From contig JAAEOK010000060.1 in the NCBI GenBank assembly GCA_024244705.1, forward strand, positions 27,146 through 91,145: a stretch of 64,000 bases of DNA, given 5' to 3'. Numbering within the stretch: the stretch's first letter is position 1; each line of letters opens with the position of its first letter. Shown one piece after another: positions 45,431-57,027 of the stretch. The DNA is from Alphaproteobacteria bacterium (GTDB lineage: Bacteria > Pseudomonadota > Alphaproteobacteria > JAAEOK01). The notes under the pieces were generated by a model that was not told where the DNA came from, made no database searches, and saw nothing but the letters and a program-made list of their open reading frames with translations. A program made the position numbers and the translations under genes.

Positions 45431-46582
45431 TTATCCGCCGAGGGCAACGGTGGCGATGGCTTGTGCTGCGAGGCCTTCGCCGCGGCCGGTGAAGCCAAGC
45501 CTTTCGGTCGTCGTCGCCTTGACGCTGATACGATCGGCCGCAAGGCTCAGAATTTCACCGACTCGGGCCGCCATGGCGTCGGCGTGCGGCCGAATCCGGG
45601 GCGCTTCACAGATCAATGTAAGGTCGAGGTTGAGAATATGTCCGCCTCGCCGGCGCACCAATTCGCCGGCGTGTTGAAGAAAGATCGACGACGGCGCGTT
45701 CGCCCATTTCTCGTCGGAGGGAGGAAAATGGGCGCCGATGTCGCCGGCGCCGATGGCTCCGAGAAGAGCATCGGTCAACGCATGAAGGCCGGCATCGGCG
45801 TCGGAATGACCGACGAGGCCCTGATCGTGCGGGATTTCGACCCCGCAGAGCCAAATCCGGTCCCCGGGGCCGAAGCGGTGGACGTCGAAACCCATACCTG
45901 TCCGTATTTCCATCGAACCCGAAATCATTCGGGCGGCGCGATCAAGATCATCGTCGGTCGTTACCTTAAAATTATCGTCGACCGACTCGATAAGCGTAAC
46001 GGCAAGCCCAGCGCATTCGGCTACCGCCGCGTCATCGGTCAGATCCTGACCGGCGGCGGCTTCGTGCGCGCGGAGGATCGCCTCGTAATGAAATCCCTGC
46101 GGGGTCTGGGCCCGCCACAGGGCCGAGCGATCGACGGTGTCGGCGATCGCGCCGTCCCGTTCCCGCTTCAGGGTATCGACGACCGGCACCGCGGCAATGG
46201 CGCCCGGAAACTCATCGAGACCGGCGACGACCGCTGAAATCGTCGCCGTGGAAACGAACGGGCGCGCCGCATCGTGGATCAGTACCGTATCCGGCTGGAA
46301 ATCGCGGAGGCTGCGGAGTCCGAACAATACCGATTCCTGGCGGGTGCGGCCCCCCGATACCGGCGGCAGAAGATCGACCCGCCGTGTCGCCCTATGGTAT
46401 CGGTCCAGATCGTCGTCGTGGATCACGACCCTGACGCCGTCTATTTCGGCATGGGTTACGAAAGCGCCGGCACTGCGCGCCAGTAACGAGCGTCCCCCGA
46501 TTTCACGATATTGCTTTGGTACGTCACCGCCGAGCCGGGTCCCGCGGCCGGCCGCAACCACGATCGCAAAACACCCGCCCAT
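45431..46582 (-). CDS. ispDF: Bifunctional IspD/IspF
   Basis: AAGRGTR..PKQY, IHDAARP, QTPQGF; GFDVH, GHSDAD, KATTTE. Confidence 0.96.
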   Translation of the reverse strand: MGGCFAIVVAAGRGTRLGGDVPKQYREIGGRSLLARSAGAFVTHAEIDGVRVVIHDDDLDRYHRATRRVDLLPPVSGGRTRQESVLFGLRSLRDFQPDTVLIHDAARPFVSTATISAVVAGLDEFPGAIAAVPVVDTLKRERDGAIADTVDRSALWRAQTPQGFHYEAILRAHEAAAGQDLTDDAAVAECAGLAVTLIESVDDNFKVTTDDDLDRAARMISGSMEIRTGMGFDVHRFGPGDRIWLCGVEIPHDQGLVGHSDADAGLHALTDALLGAIGAGDIGAHFPPSDEKWANAPSSIFLQHAGELVRRRGGHILNLDLTLICEAPRIRPHADAMAARVGEILSLAADRISVKATTTERLGFTGRGEGLAAQAIATVALGG

Positions 46583-46701
46583 GCGCTCCCACAACTGATT
46601 TTCGTGCTTCGAATTGGCGGCCAACCTAGACCGCGTGACGCGCCCTGCCAAGGCCTTTGGAAGCAATGGTTGGGCGAGGCAATGCCTGATATATAGGGCT
46701 C

Positions 46702-47505
46702 ATGATTGTGGTTCTCGGCATCGGCTTGGCGTCCCTGGTGGCGCTGTTTCCGGCAGCGGTATATGTCGCCGGCGGAAAGGCGCGCCGAGACGACGGGCTC
46801 TATTTGCTGCTCCTCGCGGTGGCGGTAATCGGACCGGTGGGTTGGGCCTACATGTTGTTCCGCGATGGTTGGCACAGCGGCATCGCGGCCGCGCTTTGGA
46901 TTACGGTCGCCGCCACCATCGTATTGTTCGCGGTTCTTGTCGTAACCACGCGGATGGCTTGGCGGCTTACGCCACTGCTTCTACCCTATCTCGCGGTCGT
47001 AGGTGTGATGGCGCTCGTTCTGCAGATGGCCCTTGGACGGCCGTTAGTGAGTTCGATCTCGGGCACTTGGCTGATCGCCCATATCGGTATTTCGGTTGCC
47101 GCCTATGGCCTCCTCACCGTCGCCGCGGTGGCCGGACTCAGTGTGATCCTGCAGGAGCGGGCGCTGAAACGTAAGCGGCCAAACGCTTTGACTCACGTTT
47201 TGCCCTCGGTGGCCGACGGCGAGGCGCTGCAGGTGGGGCTGTTGATCGGCTGCGAAGTTATTCTTTTCCTTGGCATTCTGAGCGGCATCGCCGCCGAGTA
47301 CCAGGGCTCGGGCGGGCTGCTCGCGTTCGACCACAAGACCCTGCTTTCTCTCCTCGCTTTCTTTGTCGTCGGGTTGTTGCTGGCGATGCATTACCGCGCC
47401 GGAATTCACGGGCGCGGCGCGGCGCGATGGGCACTTATGGCCTACCTGCTGCTTAGCTTGGCCTATCCCGGCGTTAAATTCGTCACCGACGTTCTGTTGG
47501 TATAG
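46702..47505 (+). CDS. Cytochrome c assembly family membrane protein (CcsA/YpjD-like)
   Basis: About 8 TM helices; AHIGISVAAY, LQERALK, DHKTLLS, LAYPGVKFV. Confidence 0.8.
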   Translation: MIVVLGIGLASLVALFPAAVYVAGGKARRDDGLYLLLLAVAVIGPVGWAYMLFRDGWHSGIAAALWITVAATIVLFAVLVVTTRMAWRLTPLLLPYLAVVGVMALVLQMALGRPLVSSISGTWLIAHIGISVAAYGLLTVAAVAGLSVILQERALKRKRPNALTHVLPSVADGEALQVGLLIGCEVILFLGILSGIAAEYQGSGGLLAFDHKTLLSLLAFFVVGLLLAMHYRAGIHGRGAARWALMAYLLLSLAYPGVKFVTDVLLV

Positions 47506-47562
47506 AGCCCACACTTTACAGTAGCGGTAAATTGGTCTATCGCCTCGACCGCGGGCGCATTT

Positions 47563-47608
47563 TGATGAAATTTCGTGCAGCGAAGTTGGAGTGCCTGAAC
47601 TTTGGGCA
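47563..47608. promoter_or_regulatory. Tandem NtrC-binding sites at the dusB-ntrBC promoter
   Basis: TGCCT-N7-GGGCA 47592-47608 and TGATG-N7-GTGCA 47563-47579, compared with the TGCAC-N7-GTGCA consensus. Confidence 0.65.
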
Positions 47609-48588
47609 TTTGTATCGGCAACATCGTTCTGGATGATCCGGTCATTCTGGCACCGATGTCGGGAGTGACGGACATGCCGTTCCGTCGCCTGGTCAAAAAG
47701 ATGGGTGCCAGCTTGGTGGTTTCCGAAATGATCGCCAGCCAGGCGATGATTCGTCAGACCCGTCAATCGATGAAGATGTCGACGAATTGTGCCGAGGAAT
47801 TTCCCATGTCGGTGCAGCTTGCGGGCTGCGATCCGGAGGTGATGGCGGACGCGGCACGGCTGAACGCGGACCGCGGTGCGGCGATCATCGACATCAATTT
47901 TGGCTGTCCGGTCAAGAAAGTGGTCAAAGGCTACGCCGGCTCGGCACTGATGCGGGACGAGCGCCTGGCATCGCGGATACTCGAAGCAACGGTCGAGGCG
48001 GTCGACTTGCCGGTAACCCTCAAGATGCGGACCGGCTGGGACGAAACCAACCGCAATGCGCCGCAATTGGCTCGGATCGCCGAATCCTGCGGCATCGAGA
48101 TGATCACGATCCACGGCCGCACCCGCTGCCAGATGTACACTGGACGCGCCGACTGGTCATTCATCGGGGAGGTCAAGGCGGCGGTCGGGATTCCGGTTGT
48201 CGCCAACGGCGACATTACGACGCTTGACGAGGCCAGCGATGCCCTCGACCTGTCCGGCGCCGACGGTATCATGATCGGACGGGGGTGCTATGGCCGGCCA
48301 TGGTTCATTAGCCAGGTTGCGGAGTTTCTCCGCAGCGGCGTGCGGCGGCCGGATCCCTCGTTGCCGGAGCAAATGGCGATCGTTCTCGCCCATCTCGACG
48401 CCTTGCTTAGCCATTATGGCGTGCGGACCGGCGTTCGCATCGGCCGGAAACATCTCGCGTGGTATTCTCGCGGGTGGCCGGGTTCGGCGGAGTTCAGGTC
48501 GTCGATCAACAAGCTCTGCGACCCCGATCAGGTGCGCGACCGGGTGCGGTGGTTCTATGAGCCGATCATCGATGATTTGGCTGCTTGA
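47602..48588 (+). CDS. dusB: tRNA-dihydrouridine synthase (NifR3)
   Basis: [29 protein letters not shown]. Confidence 0.95.
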   Translation: MGICIGNIVLDDPVILAPMSGVTDMPFRRLVKKMGASLVVSEMIASQAMIRQTRQSMKMSTNCAEEFPMSVQLAGCDPEVMADAARLNADRGAAIIDINFGCPVKKVVKGYAGSALMRDERLASRILEATVEAVDLPVTLKMRTGWDETNRNAPQLARIAESCGIEMITIHGRTRCQMYTGRADWSFIGEVKAAVGIPVVANGDITTLDEASDALDLSGADGIMIGRGCYGRPWFISQVAEFLRSGVRRPDPSLPEQMAIVLAHLDALLSHYGVRTGVRIGRKHLAWYSRGWPGSAEFRSSINKLCDPDQVRDRVRWFYEPIIDDLAA

Positions 48589-49709
48589 TGGCGAGAGCCG
48601 CAATCAGTGAAGCGGTCACGGCGCCGATCCAAGAACAGGCCACGAGAGCTATCCTTGACGCATTACCGTTACCGGTCGTTGTCGTGGCGCCGGCGGCTGA
48701 AATCGCCTTTGTCAACATGGCGGCGGAGCAATTCTTCGGCGTTGGCGCAAACCACCTCGACGGGCGCGGCCTGAGCGAGTTCATCCCCCAAGACAGTCCC
48801 ATATTCGACTTGATCGATCACGTTCGTGCAACCGGAGCCACGGTTGCCGAGTATGAAATCACCTTGGAAAGTCCGCGCATCAAAGGGCGGCCCGTGACGA
48901 TACAAGTCGCGCCGATGGGAGATTCCGCCAACAATATTGTCTTCGTCATTCAAGAGCAATCGATCGCCCGGCGTATTGGCCGCCAACTCGGCCATCGCGG
49001 CGCGGCGCGGTCGATCACCGCGATGGCGGCGATGCTGGCCCACGAAGTCAAGAACCCGCTATCGGGAATTCGCGGCGCCGCGCAATTGCTGGAAGGAGAG
49101 CTCGATGAAGGCGGGCGGCGATTGACCACGTTGATCTGCAACGAGACCGACCGAATATGCGCGTTGCTCGATCGGATGGACGTTTTCGACCTGCCAATCC
49201 CCGCCGATCGTGATTCGACCAATATCTATCGCGTCCTCGAATACGCGCGCCAAGTCGCGGAATCGGGGTTCGCGCGTCACGTGCGGTTCACCGAATCGTA
49301 CGATCCTTCTTTGCCGGCGGTCCTCGGCAATCGCGACCTCCTGATCCAGGTTTTCCTGAATTTGATCAAGAACGCCGCCGAAGCCGTTCCCAAAGTCGGC
49401 GGTGAAATAGGTCTGGCGACGGCCTACCGGCATGGTGTCCGGCTGGCCGTGCCGGGCCGGGGCAGTCGCGTTCATCTGCCGCTCCTGGTCACCGTAAGCG
49501 ACAACGGCTCGGGTATTCCGCCCGATTTTGGCGATCATCTATTCGATCCGTTCATAACGACGAAGCCGGGTGGAACGGGCCTCGGTCTGGCTCTCGTGGG
49601 GAAGATCATCAATGACCACGGTGGTGTCGTCGAATATACGAGCGAACCGGGAAAGACCGTGTTCAAAATCATGTTGCCGGTTCATCCGGACGGAACGGTG
49701 GACGAATGA
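48585..49709 (+). CDS. ntrB: Nitrogen regulation histidine kinase NtrB
   Basis: PAS domain, [17 protein letters not shown] boxes. Confidence 0.95.
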   Translation: MMARAAISEAVTAPIQEQATRAILDALPLPVVVVAPAAEIAFVNMAAEQFFGVGANHLDGRGLSEFIPQDSPIFDLIDHVRATGATVAEYEITLESPRIKGRPVTIQVAPMGDSANNIVFVIQEQSIARRIGRQLGHRGAARSITAMAAMLAHEVKNPLSGIRGAAQLLEGELDEGGRRLTTLICNETDRICALLDRMDVFDLPIPADRDSTNIYRVLEYARQVAESGFARHVRFTESYDPSLPAVLGNRDLLIQVFLNLIKNAAEAVPKVGGEIGLATAYRHGVRLAVPGRGSRVHLPLLVTVSDNGSGIPPDFGDHLFDPFITTKPGGTGLGLALVGKIINDHGGVVEYTSEPGKTVFKIMLPVHPDGTVDE

Positions 49710-51154
49710 GCAATGCGACGATCTTGGTCGCCGACGACGACGGCGCGATCCGCGTGGTTCTGAATCAGGCGCTCGGACGTTCGGGCTATCACGTCCGGAC
49801 AACTGGTAACGCCGCGACCCTGTGGCGTTGGATCGCCGACGGGGAGGGTGATGTCGTGATCACCGATGTCGTAATGCCCGACGAAGACGGGCTCGATCTC
49901 CTGCCCCGCATCCGCAAGCTGCGTCCGGAGCTTCGGGTGATTGTCATGAGTGCCCAAAACACGCTCCTGACGGCGCTTAAGGCGAACGAGAGAGGGGCTT
50001 TCGAATACCTGCCGAAGCCGTTCGATCTCAAGGAGCTTATCAATGTGGTGCAGCGCGCGCTCGCGACGCCCTATGAAAGTCCTTCCGGCGGACCGGCACC
50101 CCTGGACGATGCAGACGATGACCTGCCGCTGATCGGCCGGTCGCCGCCGATGCAGGATATCTATCGCATTCTGGCGCGGCTCATGGGAACCGATCTCACC
50201 GCGCTGATTGTGGGCGATTCGGGGACCGGAAAAGAACTCGTCGCGCGAGCACTTCACGATTACGGCAAGCGTCGTAAGGGGCCTTTCGTCGCGATAAACA
50301 TGGCGGCGATTCCGCGGGAATTGATAGAAAGCGAATTGTTCGGGCACGAAAAAGGCGCCTTCACCGGCGCGTCGGCACGAATGGCCGGGCGTTTCGAGCA
50401 GGCCGATGGCGGAACCCTCTTTCTCGATGAAATCGGCGACATGCCGCCGGAGGCCCAGACCCGACTACTCCGGGTGCTGCAGGAGGGGGAATTTACCACT
50501 GTCGGTGGGCGCCACCCGATTCGCGCGAATGTCCGCATCATTGCCGCCACCCATCGCGACCTGCGTCAATTAATCGGCCAGGGGTTGTTCAGAGAAGACC
50601 TCTACTATCGTCTCAATGTGGTCCCGATTCGATTGCCCTCGCTACGCGAACGAACGGCCGATATTCCGGATCTGGTCCGCCATTTCCTGCATCAGGCGAC
50701 GGTTCGCGGGCTCCCCCTCAAGCGCATCGATCAAGACGGCCTGACCCGCCTCATGGCTCATAGGTGGCCTGGAAATGTGCGGGAACTGGAAAACCTCGTG
50801 CAGCGTCTCGCCGCCCTCTACACCCAGGAAACGATATCGCTCGATATTATCGAGGCCGAACTGGCGGACGCCGCAATCGAGCCGGTACAGGTCGAAAATC
50901 GAGCCGACGAAAGCATGACGGCGGCGGTGGCCCGGCATTTGGCCGAGTACTTCTCCGCCCATGGCGATTCCCTCCCGCCGGCGGGGTTGTACCATCGGGT
51001 CATTCGGGAGGTCGAACGGCCATTGATCGAGCTGTGCCTACAATCGACCGGTGGCAATCAGCTGCGGGCGGCGGATTTGCTCGGCTTGAATAGGAATACA
51101 CTGCGCAAGAAAATCCGCGAGTTAGACATCGATATTGGCAAAGGGGTAAAATGA
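49706..51154 (+). CDS. ntrC: Nitrogen regulator NtrC (sigma54 activator)
   Basis: [17 protein letters not shown], Fis-type [14 protein letters not shown]. Confidence 0.97.
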   Translation: MSNATILVADDDGAIRVVLNQALGRSGYHVRTTGNAATLWRWIADGEGDVVITDVVMPDEDGLDLLPRIRKLRPELRVIVMSAQNTLLTALKANERGAFEYLPKPFDLKELINVVQRALATPYESPSGGPAPLDDADDDLPLIGRSPPMQDIYRILARLMGTDLTALIVGDSGTGKELVARALHDYGKRRKGPFVAINMAAIPRELIESELFGHEKGAFTGASARMAGRFEQADGGTLFLDEIGDMPPEAQTRLLRVLQEGEFTTVGGRHPIRANVRIIAATHRDLRQLIGQGLFREDLYYRLNVVPIRLPSLRERTADIPDLVRHFLHQATVRGLPLKRIDQDGLTRLMAHRWPGNVRELENLVQRLAALYTQETISLDIIEAELADAAIEPVQVENRADESMTAAVARHLAEYFSAHGDSLPPAGLYHRVIREVERPLIELCLQSTGGNQLRAADLLGLNRNTLRKKIRELDIDIGKGVK

Positions 51155-51208
51155 TACGAATCTCTAAATCCCATCCAGGAGCGCTCGCAAATTGAACCGG
51201 CACGGGAT

Positions 51209-53449
51209 ATGACCGCGGAATCGGCGTCGAGGCAGGATGGCGTGCTCCGGCAGACGCTGAGTTGGGCTACGCGGTTCGGGCTTGGCCGGCGGCTTGCATA
51301 CGTTCTCGCGGGTTCGGCAATTGTCAGCGGCCTCATTACCTATGTCGCGCTGACCAGTTCGACACCGCTTGGACCCGACCCGAGGACCGTTTTCCTCCTC
51401 CTCAACATCGACCTGGTGCTGCTGCTGGCGCTCGGCGCGGTGATCGCACGCAAGGTCGCATTGATGTGGGGGGAGCGTCGCCGCGGCATCGCCGGCGCGC
51501 GACTTCAGACACGGCTGGTCGCTCTGTTTAGTCTGATTGCGGTGACGCCGGCGATCATTCTGGCGGTGTTTTCGACGCTGTTCTTCAATTTCGGCATTCA
51601 AGCCTGGTTCAGCGAGAGGGTCCAGACGGCGCTTTCGGAATCATTGGCCGTGACCGAGGCCTATCTCGACGAGCATCAGCAGAATATTCGCGCCGACGTC
51701 CTCGCGATCGCGGACGATCTCGAGCATGATTGGTCGTTGCTATTGAACAATCCCAATCTGTTAACGAAATTCCTGGCCACGCAGGCGGCGATTCGCGGCC
51801 TCCCCGAGGCCGTCGTCTTCGACCGCTTCGGCCGCGTGATGGCGAGTTCCGGCTTTACCTTTTCCCTGCAAATCGAAAACCTCCCGCAATGGGCGCTCGA
51901 ACGCGCCCGGGGGGGAGAGATCCCGATCCTGACCAATGAGGACGGCGACCGCGTCCGTGCGCTGGTACTCGTCGATTCGCTCGCCGAGATTTATCTCTAT
52001 GTCGGGCGGTTCGTCGACCCGAGCGTCCTGCTCCATGTGAGCCGAACCGAGCAAGCGGTCGAAGCCTATCAAAAATTGGAGGGCCAGCATTCCGGCTTGC
52101 AAATTACGTTTGCGCTCATATTCGGCATTGTCGCGCTCTTGCTGCTGATGGCGTCGGTGTGGGTTGGACTGACTTTTGCGACGCGTCTGTCGAGTCCCAT
52201 CATCGGGCTCATTACGGCGGCGGAAAAGGTGCGCGAAGGAGACCTTTCGGTTCGAGTCCCAGAGGGCCCGGAGGGCGACGAGTTCGGGACCCTGGGACGG
52301 GCCTTCAATCGGATGACCGAGCGTCTCCTGTCGCAACAGCGCGAGTTGATGACCGCGAGTGAACAGATCGACGACCGGCGACGATTTACGGAGGCGGTGC
52401 TTTCCGGCGTGTCGGCCGGCGTCATCGGTCTGGATGCTCGCGGCCGAATCGATCTCCCCAATCGATCAGCGTGCAATTTGCTCAACACGCGGGCCGAGGA
52501 TCTTTTTGGCAAGCCTATCGGCAAAGCAGTACCCGAAATGGCCCACCTGTTCTCGGCCGTTCGACGCAGCCCGAGCCGTCTCGCCGAGGCCCAGATCCAG
52601 ATCGATCGCGGTGGTCGCCGCTGCACGCTTCTGGTGCGGATCGGAGCCGAACGGGAGGGGGGCCAAGTGCGTGGTTATGTGGCGACATTCGATGACATCT
52701 CGGCGCTTCTATCGGCGCAGCGCAAGGCGGCATGGGCGGACGTAGCCCGGCGAATCGCGCACGAAATCAGAAATCCGTTGACTCCAATTCAGCTGTCGGC
52801 GGAACGCTTGAAACGCAAATATGCGGACGAGATTACCACCGACCCGGATGTCTTCAAGACTTGCACCGATACGATCATTCGGCAGGTCGAGGATATCGGC
52901 CGTATGGTCGAGGAGTTCTCGTCCTTTGCCAAAATGCCGGCCCCGGTGATGAAAGATGAGAACGTTACCGAGCTTGTCCGCCAGCAGGTGTTTTTGCAAC
53001 GGAATGCCCATCCTGAGGTTACCTATGCGTTCAATCTTCCAGATACCCCGGTGACGTTGCGTTGCGACGGCCGTCAGGTCAGCCAGGCTCTGACGAATCT
53101 CTTGCAAAACGCGGCTGAGGCCATAATGGAGCGTGGCACCGCCAATGACATGGCGCGGCAGATAAACGTCCTGTTGGATGATGGCGATGAGGCGATCGTA
53201 ATCGCGGTCGAAGATAACGGACGCGGCCTGCCGAGCGAATTGAAGGGTCAGTTGACCGAGCCCTACGTGACGACGCGGGACAAAGGCACCGGTCTGGGCC
53301 TCGCCATCGTCAAGAAGATCATGGAAGATCACTCCGGTGATCTGGTAATAGAAGATCGTCCCGGCGGCGGCGCGCGAGTAGCACTTGTCTTTCGCGTGTC
53401 GGACGACGGCGAGCAGCAGCCCAACGATCGCCGCTCCGCGGCAGTCTAA
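51209..53449 (+). CDS. ntrY: Sensor kinase NtrY
   Basis: TM helices, HAMP, PAS, AWADVARRIAHEIRNPLTPIQLSAE. Confidence 0.96.
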   Translation: MTAESASRQDGVLRQTLSWATRFGLGRRLAYVLAGSAIVSGLITYVALTSSTPLGPDPRTVFLLLNIDLVLLLALGAVIARKVALMWGERRRGIAGARLQTRLVALFSLIAVTPAIILAVFSTLFFNFGIQAWFSERVQTALSESLAVTEAYLDEHQQNIRADVLAIADDLEHDWSLLLNNPNLLTKFLATQAAIRGLPEAVVFDRFGRVMASSGFTFSLQIENLPQWALERARGGEIPILTNEDGDRVRALVLVDSLAEIYLYVGRFVDPSVLLHVSRTEQAVEAYQKLEGQHSGLQITFALIFGIVALLLLMASVWVGLTFATRLSSPIIGLITAAEKVREGDLSVRVPEGPEGDEFGTLGRAFNRMTERLLSQQRELMTASEQIDDRRRFTEAVLSGVSAGVIGLDARGRIDLPNRSACNLLNTRAEDLFGKPIGKAVPEMAHLFSAVRRSPSRLAEAQIQIDRGGRRCTLLVRIGAEREGGQVRGYVATFDDISALLSAQRKAAWADVARRIAHEIRNPLTPIQLSAERLKRKYADEITTDPDVFKTCTDTIIRQVEDIGRMVEEFSSFAKMPAPVMKDENVTELVRQQVFLQRNAHPEVTYAFNLPDTPVTLRCDGRQVSQALTNLLQNAAEAIMERGTANDMARQINVLLDDGDEAIVIAVEDNGRGLPSELKGQLTEPYVTTRDKGTGLGLAIVKKIMEDHSGDLVIEDRPGGGARVALVFRVSDDGEQQPNDRRSAAV

Positions 53450-53463
53450 TCGAACGGAATAGC

Positions 53464-54864
53464 ATGGCGCGCGACATACTCATTGTCGATGATGAAGCGG
53501 ATATTCGTATGCTCGTATCCGGTATCCTTGAAGATGAAGGATACGAGGCGCGCACCGCCAGCACGGCGCGGGAGGCCCTGAAATCGGTCGCCCGGCGGCG
53601 GCCCACCCTGGTGGTCCTGGATGTATGGCTGCAAGGCAGCGACATGGACGGCCTCGAGGTCTTGGAACGGATCAAGGCCGATCATCCGGACCTGCCGGTG
53701 ATTGTTGTCAGCGGTCACGGCAATATCGAAACAGCCGTCGCCGCTATTCGGAAAGGGGCCTACGACTATATCGAGAAACCTTTCAAATCCGATCGCTTGT
53801 TGCTCTGCGTCGATCGCACGATCGAGGCGGCACGGCTGAAGCGCGAAAACGACGAGCTGCGCGTGCGATCGGACAGCGACGGCGAACTGATCGGAAATTC
53901 CCAGTCCATCAGTAATCTGCGCCAGGTCGTCAAAAAGATCGCGCCAACGAGCAGTCGAATACTTGTCGAAGGCCCCCCCGGGTCGGGAAAGGAACTATTG
54001 GCCCGTCTTATTCATCGGCAATCGGCAAGATCGAATGGGCCTTTCGTAGTTCTCAACTGCGCCAACATGCAGCCCGATCGGCTGGAAGCACAATTGTTTG
54101 GATCGGAAGGAGGGGAAAAGGGTGCGCCGCGCATTGTCGGTACGCTTGAGGCCGCGCACGGGGGCACCTTACTGCTCGACGAAGTCGGCGATATGCCGAT
54201 GGAAACTCAAAGCAAAATGCTGCGCGTGCTCCAGGATCACAGCTTCGACCGAGTAGGGGGCGAGGAGAACGTCGAGATCGACGTGCGAATCATTGCATCG
54301 ACGAGCCGCGATTTGCCGTTCGAGATTGCCCACGGACGATTTCGCGAAGACTTGTACTATCGCCTGAATGTGGTGCCATTGCAGATTCCGCCCCTGCGCG
54401 AACGGCGAGAAGACGTGAGGGAATTGGTCGAGTATTTCATGGACGTCTGCGCGAAGAACGCCAATCTGGCGCCGTGCGCCCTGAACGAAGACGCGATCGC
54501 CGCGTTGCAAGCCTACGAGTGGCCCGGCAATGTCCGCGAGGTCAAGAACCTCGTCGAGCGACTCCTGATCATGACCCGCGGCGAAGAGGGGAACGAAATT
54601 CGCAGCGAAATGCTGCCCCCCGAGGTCAACGGCTCGTCACCGGCTGCAACGGGTTTGGATCACGGTTCCGAAGTGATGGGCTTGCCTTTGCGGGAGGCGC
54701 GCGAGGCCTTCGAGCGCCACTATCTCCTGGCGCAAATCACCCGCTTTGGCGGAAATATTTCGCGTACCGCGGGGTTTATCGGTATGGAGCGATCGGCGCT
54801 TCATCGCAAGCTGAAGATTCTCGGCGTCTACAACGTCGAGAAACGACGCGGCTACGACGCCTGA
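53464..54864 (+). CDS. ntrX: Response regulator NtrX
   Basis: REC-AAA-HTH; lacks GAFTGA; GMERSALHRKL. Confidence 0.96.
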   Translation: MARDILIVDDEADIRMLVSGILEDEGYEARTASTAREALKSVARRRPTLVVLDVWLQGSDMDGLEVLERIKADHPDLPVIVVSGHGNIETAVAAIRKGAYDYIEKPFKSDRLLLCVDRTIEAARLKRENDELRVRSDSDGELIGNSQSISNLRQVVKKIAPTSSRILVEGPPGSGKELLARLIHRQSARSNGPFVVLNCANMQPDRLEAQLFGSEGGEKGAPRIVGTLEAAHGGTLLLDEVGDMPMETQSKMLRVLQDHSFDRVGGEENVEIDVRIIASTSRDLPFEIAHGRFREDLYYRLNVVPLQIPPLRERREDVRELVEYFMDVCAKNANLAPCALNEDAIAALQAYEWPGNVREVKNLVERLLIMTRGEEGNEIRSEMLPPEVNGSSPAATGLDHGSEVMGLPLREAREAFERHYLLAQITRFGGNISRTAGFIGMERSALHRKLKILGVYNVEKRRGYDA

Positions 54865-54894
54865 CCGCGACCGAACCGTATCGCGAGATTTGAT

Positions 54895-56271
54895 ATGAGA
54901 GTCATTGTCTGTGGCGCCGGCCAAGTGGGATCGAACATCGCCCGCCAACTATCGACCGAGAACAACCATGTAACGGTGATAGATCAGTCGCCTGAACTGA
55001 TCCGCAAGGTCTCCGATTCGCTCGACGTGACGGCGTTGGTGGGATTTGCGTCCTATCCCAACGTGCTCGAACGGGCAGGGGCGGCGGAAGCCGACATGTT
55101 GATCGCGGTGACGTTCGCCGACGAGGTCAATATGGTCGCTTGCCAGGTCGCCCATTCATTGTTCAACCTTCCGACCAAAATCGCCCGCGTTCGAAATCCA
55201 AGCTATCTCGAGCCGATCTGGGCCGATTTGTTTTCCCGCGACAATCTCCCGATCGACGTGATCATCTCCCCCGAGATTGAGGTCGCCCGAGCGATTCACC
55301 ATAGGCTGGCGGTACCGGGTGCGTTTGACATGATTCCGCTCGCCGGCGGCCGAATACGGGTGGTCGGAGTCCGGTGCGGTGAAGACTGCCCGATATTGGA
55401 TACGCCGCTCCGCCAACTGACGGAGTTGTTTCCCGAGCTGCACATGGTGATCGTCGCGATCGTGCGCGGCAATAAGCCGTTCATCCCGTCGAGCGATGAG
55501 GTGCTAATGCCCGGTGACGATGTCTATTTCGTCGCCGACAGCGAGCATGTCGGGCGCGCCCTTGCGACGATGGGGCACGAGGAAGATCAAGCCCACCGGC
55601 ACGTCATTATCGGCGGCGGCAATATCGGGCTCAACTTGTCGCGCCAGATCAACGAAGACGATTCCGATGCCGCGATCAAGATCATCGAATTCAAGGCGGC
55701 GCGAGCCCGCGAAGTCGCGCAGATGGTGCCGGAGGTGACGGTCATCAACGGTGATGCGCTCGATCCTGAGATTCTCGAGGAGGCAGCGGTCGAAAAGGCG
55801 GAGACGGTGATCGCGGTGACCAACGACGATGAGGTCAATGTTTTGTCATCGTTGCTCGCCAAGCGATCGGGCGCGAAACGAATCATAACATTGGTGAACA
55901 ACATCACCTATGAGCCCTTGATCAGTACGCTCGGCGTCGATGTCGTGGTCAATCCGCGCGCCATCACGGTTTCGACCATTCTTCAGCATGTGCGAAGGGG
56001 CCGAATTCGGTCGGTACATTCCCTCGGCGACGGGTTCGGCGAAATCATCGAGGCCGAAGCCCTCGAGACGTCCGGTATGGTCGGCCGGCCGCTCAAGGAT
56101 ATCAAGTTCGGCAAGGGCATCATCGTCGGCGCGATATTGCGAGAGGGAAACATCATAATGCCCAGACCTTCAGCGGTCATCCAGGCCGGCGACATGGTGG
56201 TCCTCCTGGCGGCGGCGGAATCCGTCAAAAGGGTCGAGAAAATGTTCTCGGTACGGCTGGAGTACTTTTGA
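54895..56271 (+). CDS. trkA: Trk potassium uptake NAD-binding subunit
   Basis: Two RCK units with GAGQVG and GGGNIG. Confidence 0.96.
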   Translation: MRVIVCGAGQVGSNIARQLSTENNHVTVIDQSPELIRKVSDSLDVTALVGFASYPNVLERAGAAEADMLIAVTFADEVNMVACQVAHSLFNLPTKIARVRNPSYLEPIWADLFSRDNLPIDVIISPEIEVARAIHHRLAVPGAFDMIPLAGGRIRVVGVRCGEDCPILDTPLRQLTELFPELHMVIVAIVRGNKPFIPSSDEVLMPGDDVYFVADSEHVGRALATMGHEEDQAHRHVIIGGGNIGLNLSRQINEDDSDAAIKIIEFKAARAREVAQMVPEVTVINGDALDPEILEEAAVEKAETVIAVTNDDEVNVLSSLLAKRSGAKRIITLVNNITYEPLISTLGVDVVVNPRAITVSTILQHVRRGRIRSVHSLGDGFGEIIEAEALETSGMVGRPLKDIKFGKGIIVGAILREGNIIMPRPSAVIQAGDMVVLLAAAESVKRVEKMFSVRLEYF

Positions 56272-57023
56272 GCCACGACACGCCGCGTGCAATCCTCTTC
56301 GATTGGGACAAGACCCTCGTCGATAATTGGGCCGCAATCCATCTGGCCGTCAACGCGACCATGGAAGCGATGGGGCAGGCGCCTTGGACTCTCGAGGAGA
56401 CCCATGACAGGGTCCGCGAATCGATGGGGGACAGTTTTCCGCGAATGTTTGGCGCCGAGTGGCCCCGCGCGCGTGACGTCTTTTACAAGGCTTTTCGGAA
56501 GCATCATTTGCGAGCGCTGCGACCGTTGCCGGGCGCGGAATCGGCGCTGCAGGCACTGCGGCGGGACGGATACTATCTCGGCATCGTCAGCAACAAGCAG
56601 GGCGATCTTCTTAGGAGCGAAATCGCTCATCTCGAGTGGCGGACGCTCTTCGATGGGGTCGTTGGCGCGAGCGATGCCGCTCGCGACAAGCCGGCACGAG
56701 AACCGGTGGAGTTGGCGCTTGCAGGTGGTCCGCCGCCGGGCCCCGCCGTTTGGTTCGTTGGTGACGCCGGCATCGATATGGCGTGCGCCCGGGCCGCCGG
56801 ATGCGTTCCGGTCCTGATCGGCGGGGCCGACCCCGGGACCGCGGAATTCTCATATGCGCAGCCGATTCATCACATACCTGACTTTGAGGCCTTGTTGATG
56901 CTTGTTCGAAGGCCCCAAAACACCATATTTTGTGGTGTCGCTCCGCGCGTTGGTGGGAACTGCGACAACACGGTACGGGCCCGTTCGGACAGGGTCCCAA
57001 CAAATCAGCAAAAGAAAGGATAA
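56268..57023 (+). CDS. HAD-family hydrolase (phosphoglycolate phosphatase-like)
   Basis: [16 protein letters not shown]...D motifs. Confidence 0.88.
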   Translation: MSHDTPRAILFDWDKTLVDNWAAIHLAVNATMEAMGQAPWTLEETHDRVRESMGDSFPRMFGAEWPRARDVFYKAFRKHHLRALRPLPGAESALQALRRDGYYLGIVSNKQGDLLRSEIAHLEWRTLFDGVVGASDAARDKPAREPVELALAGGPPPGPAVWFVGDAGIDMACARAAGCVPVLIGGADPGTAEFSYAQPIHHIPDFEALLMLVRRPQNTIFCGVAPRVGGNCDNTVRARSDRVPTNQQKKG

Positions 57024-57027
57024 GAAA

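Noticed and set aside
53464-54864. Missing GAFTGA loop in a sigma54-type activator
   Set aside because: Established property of NtrX
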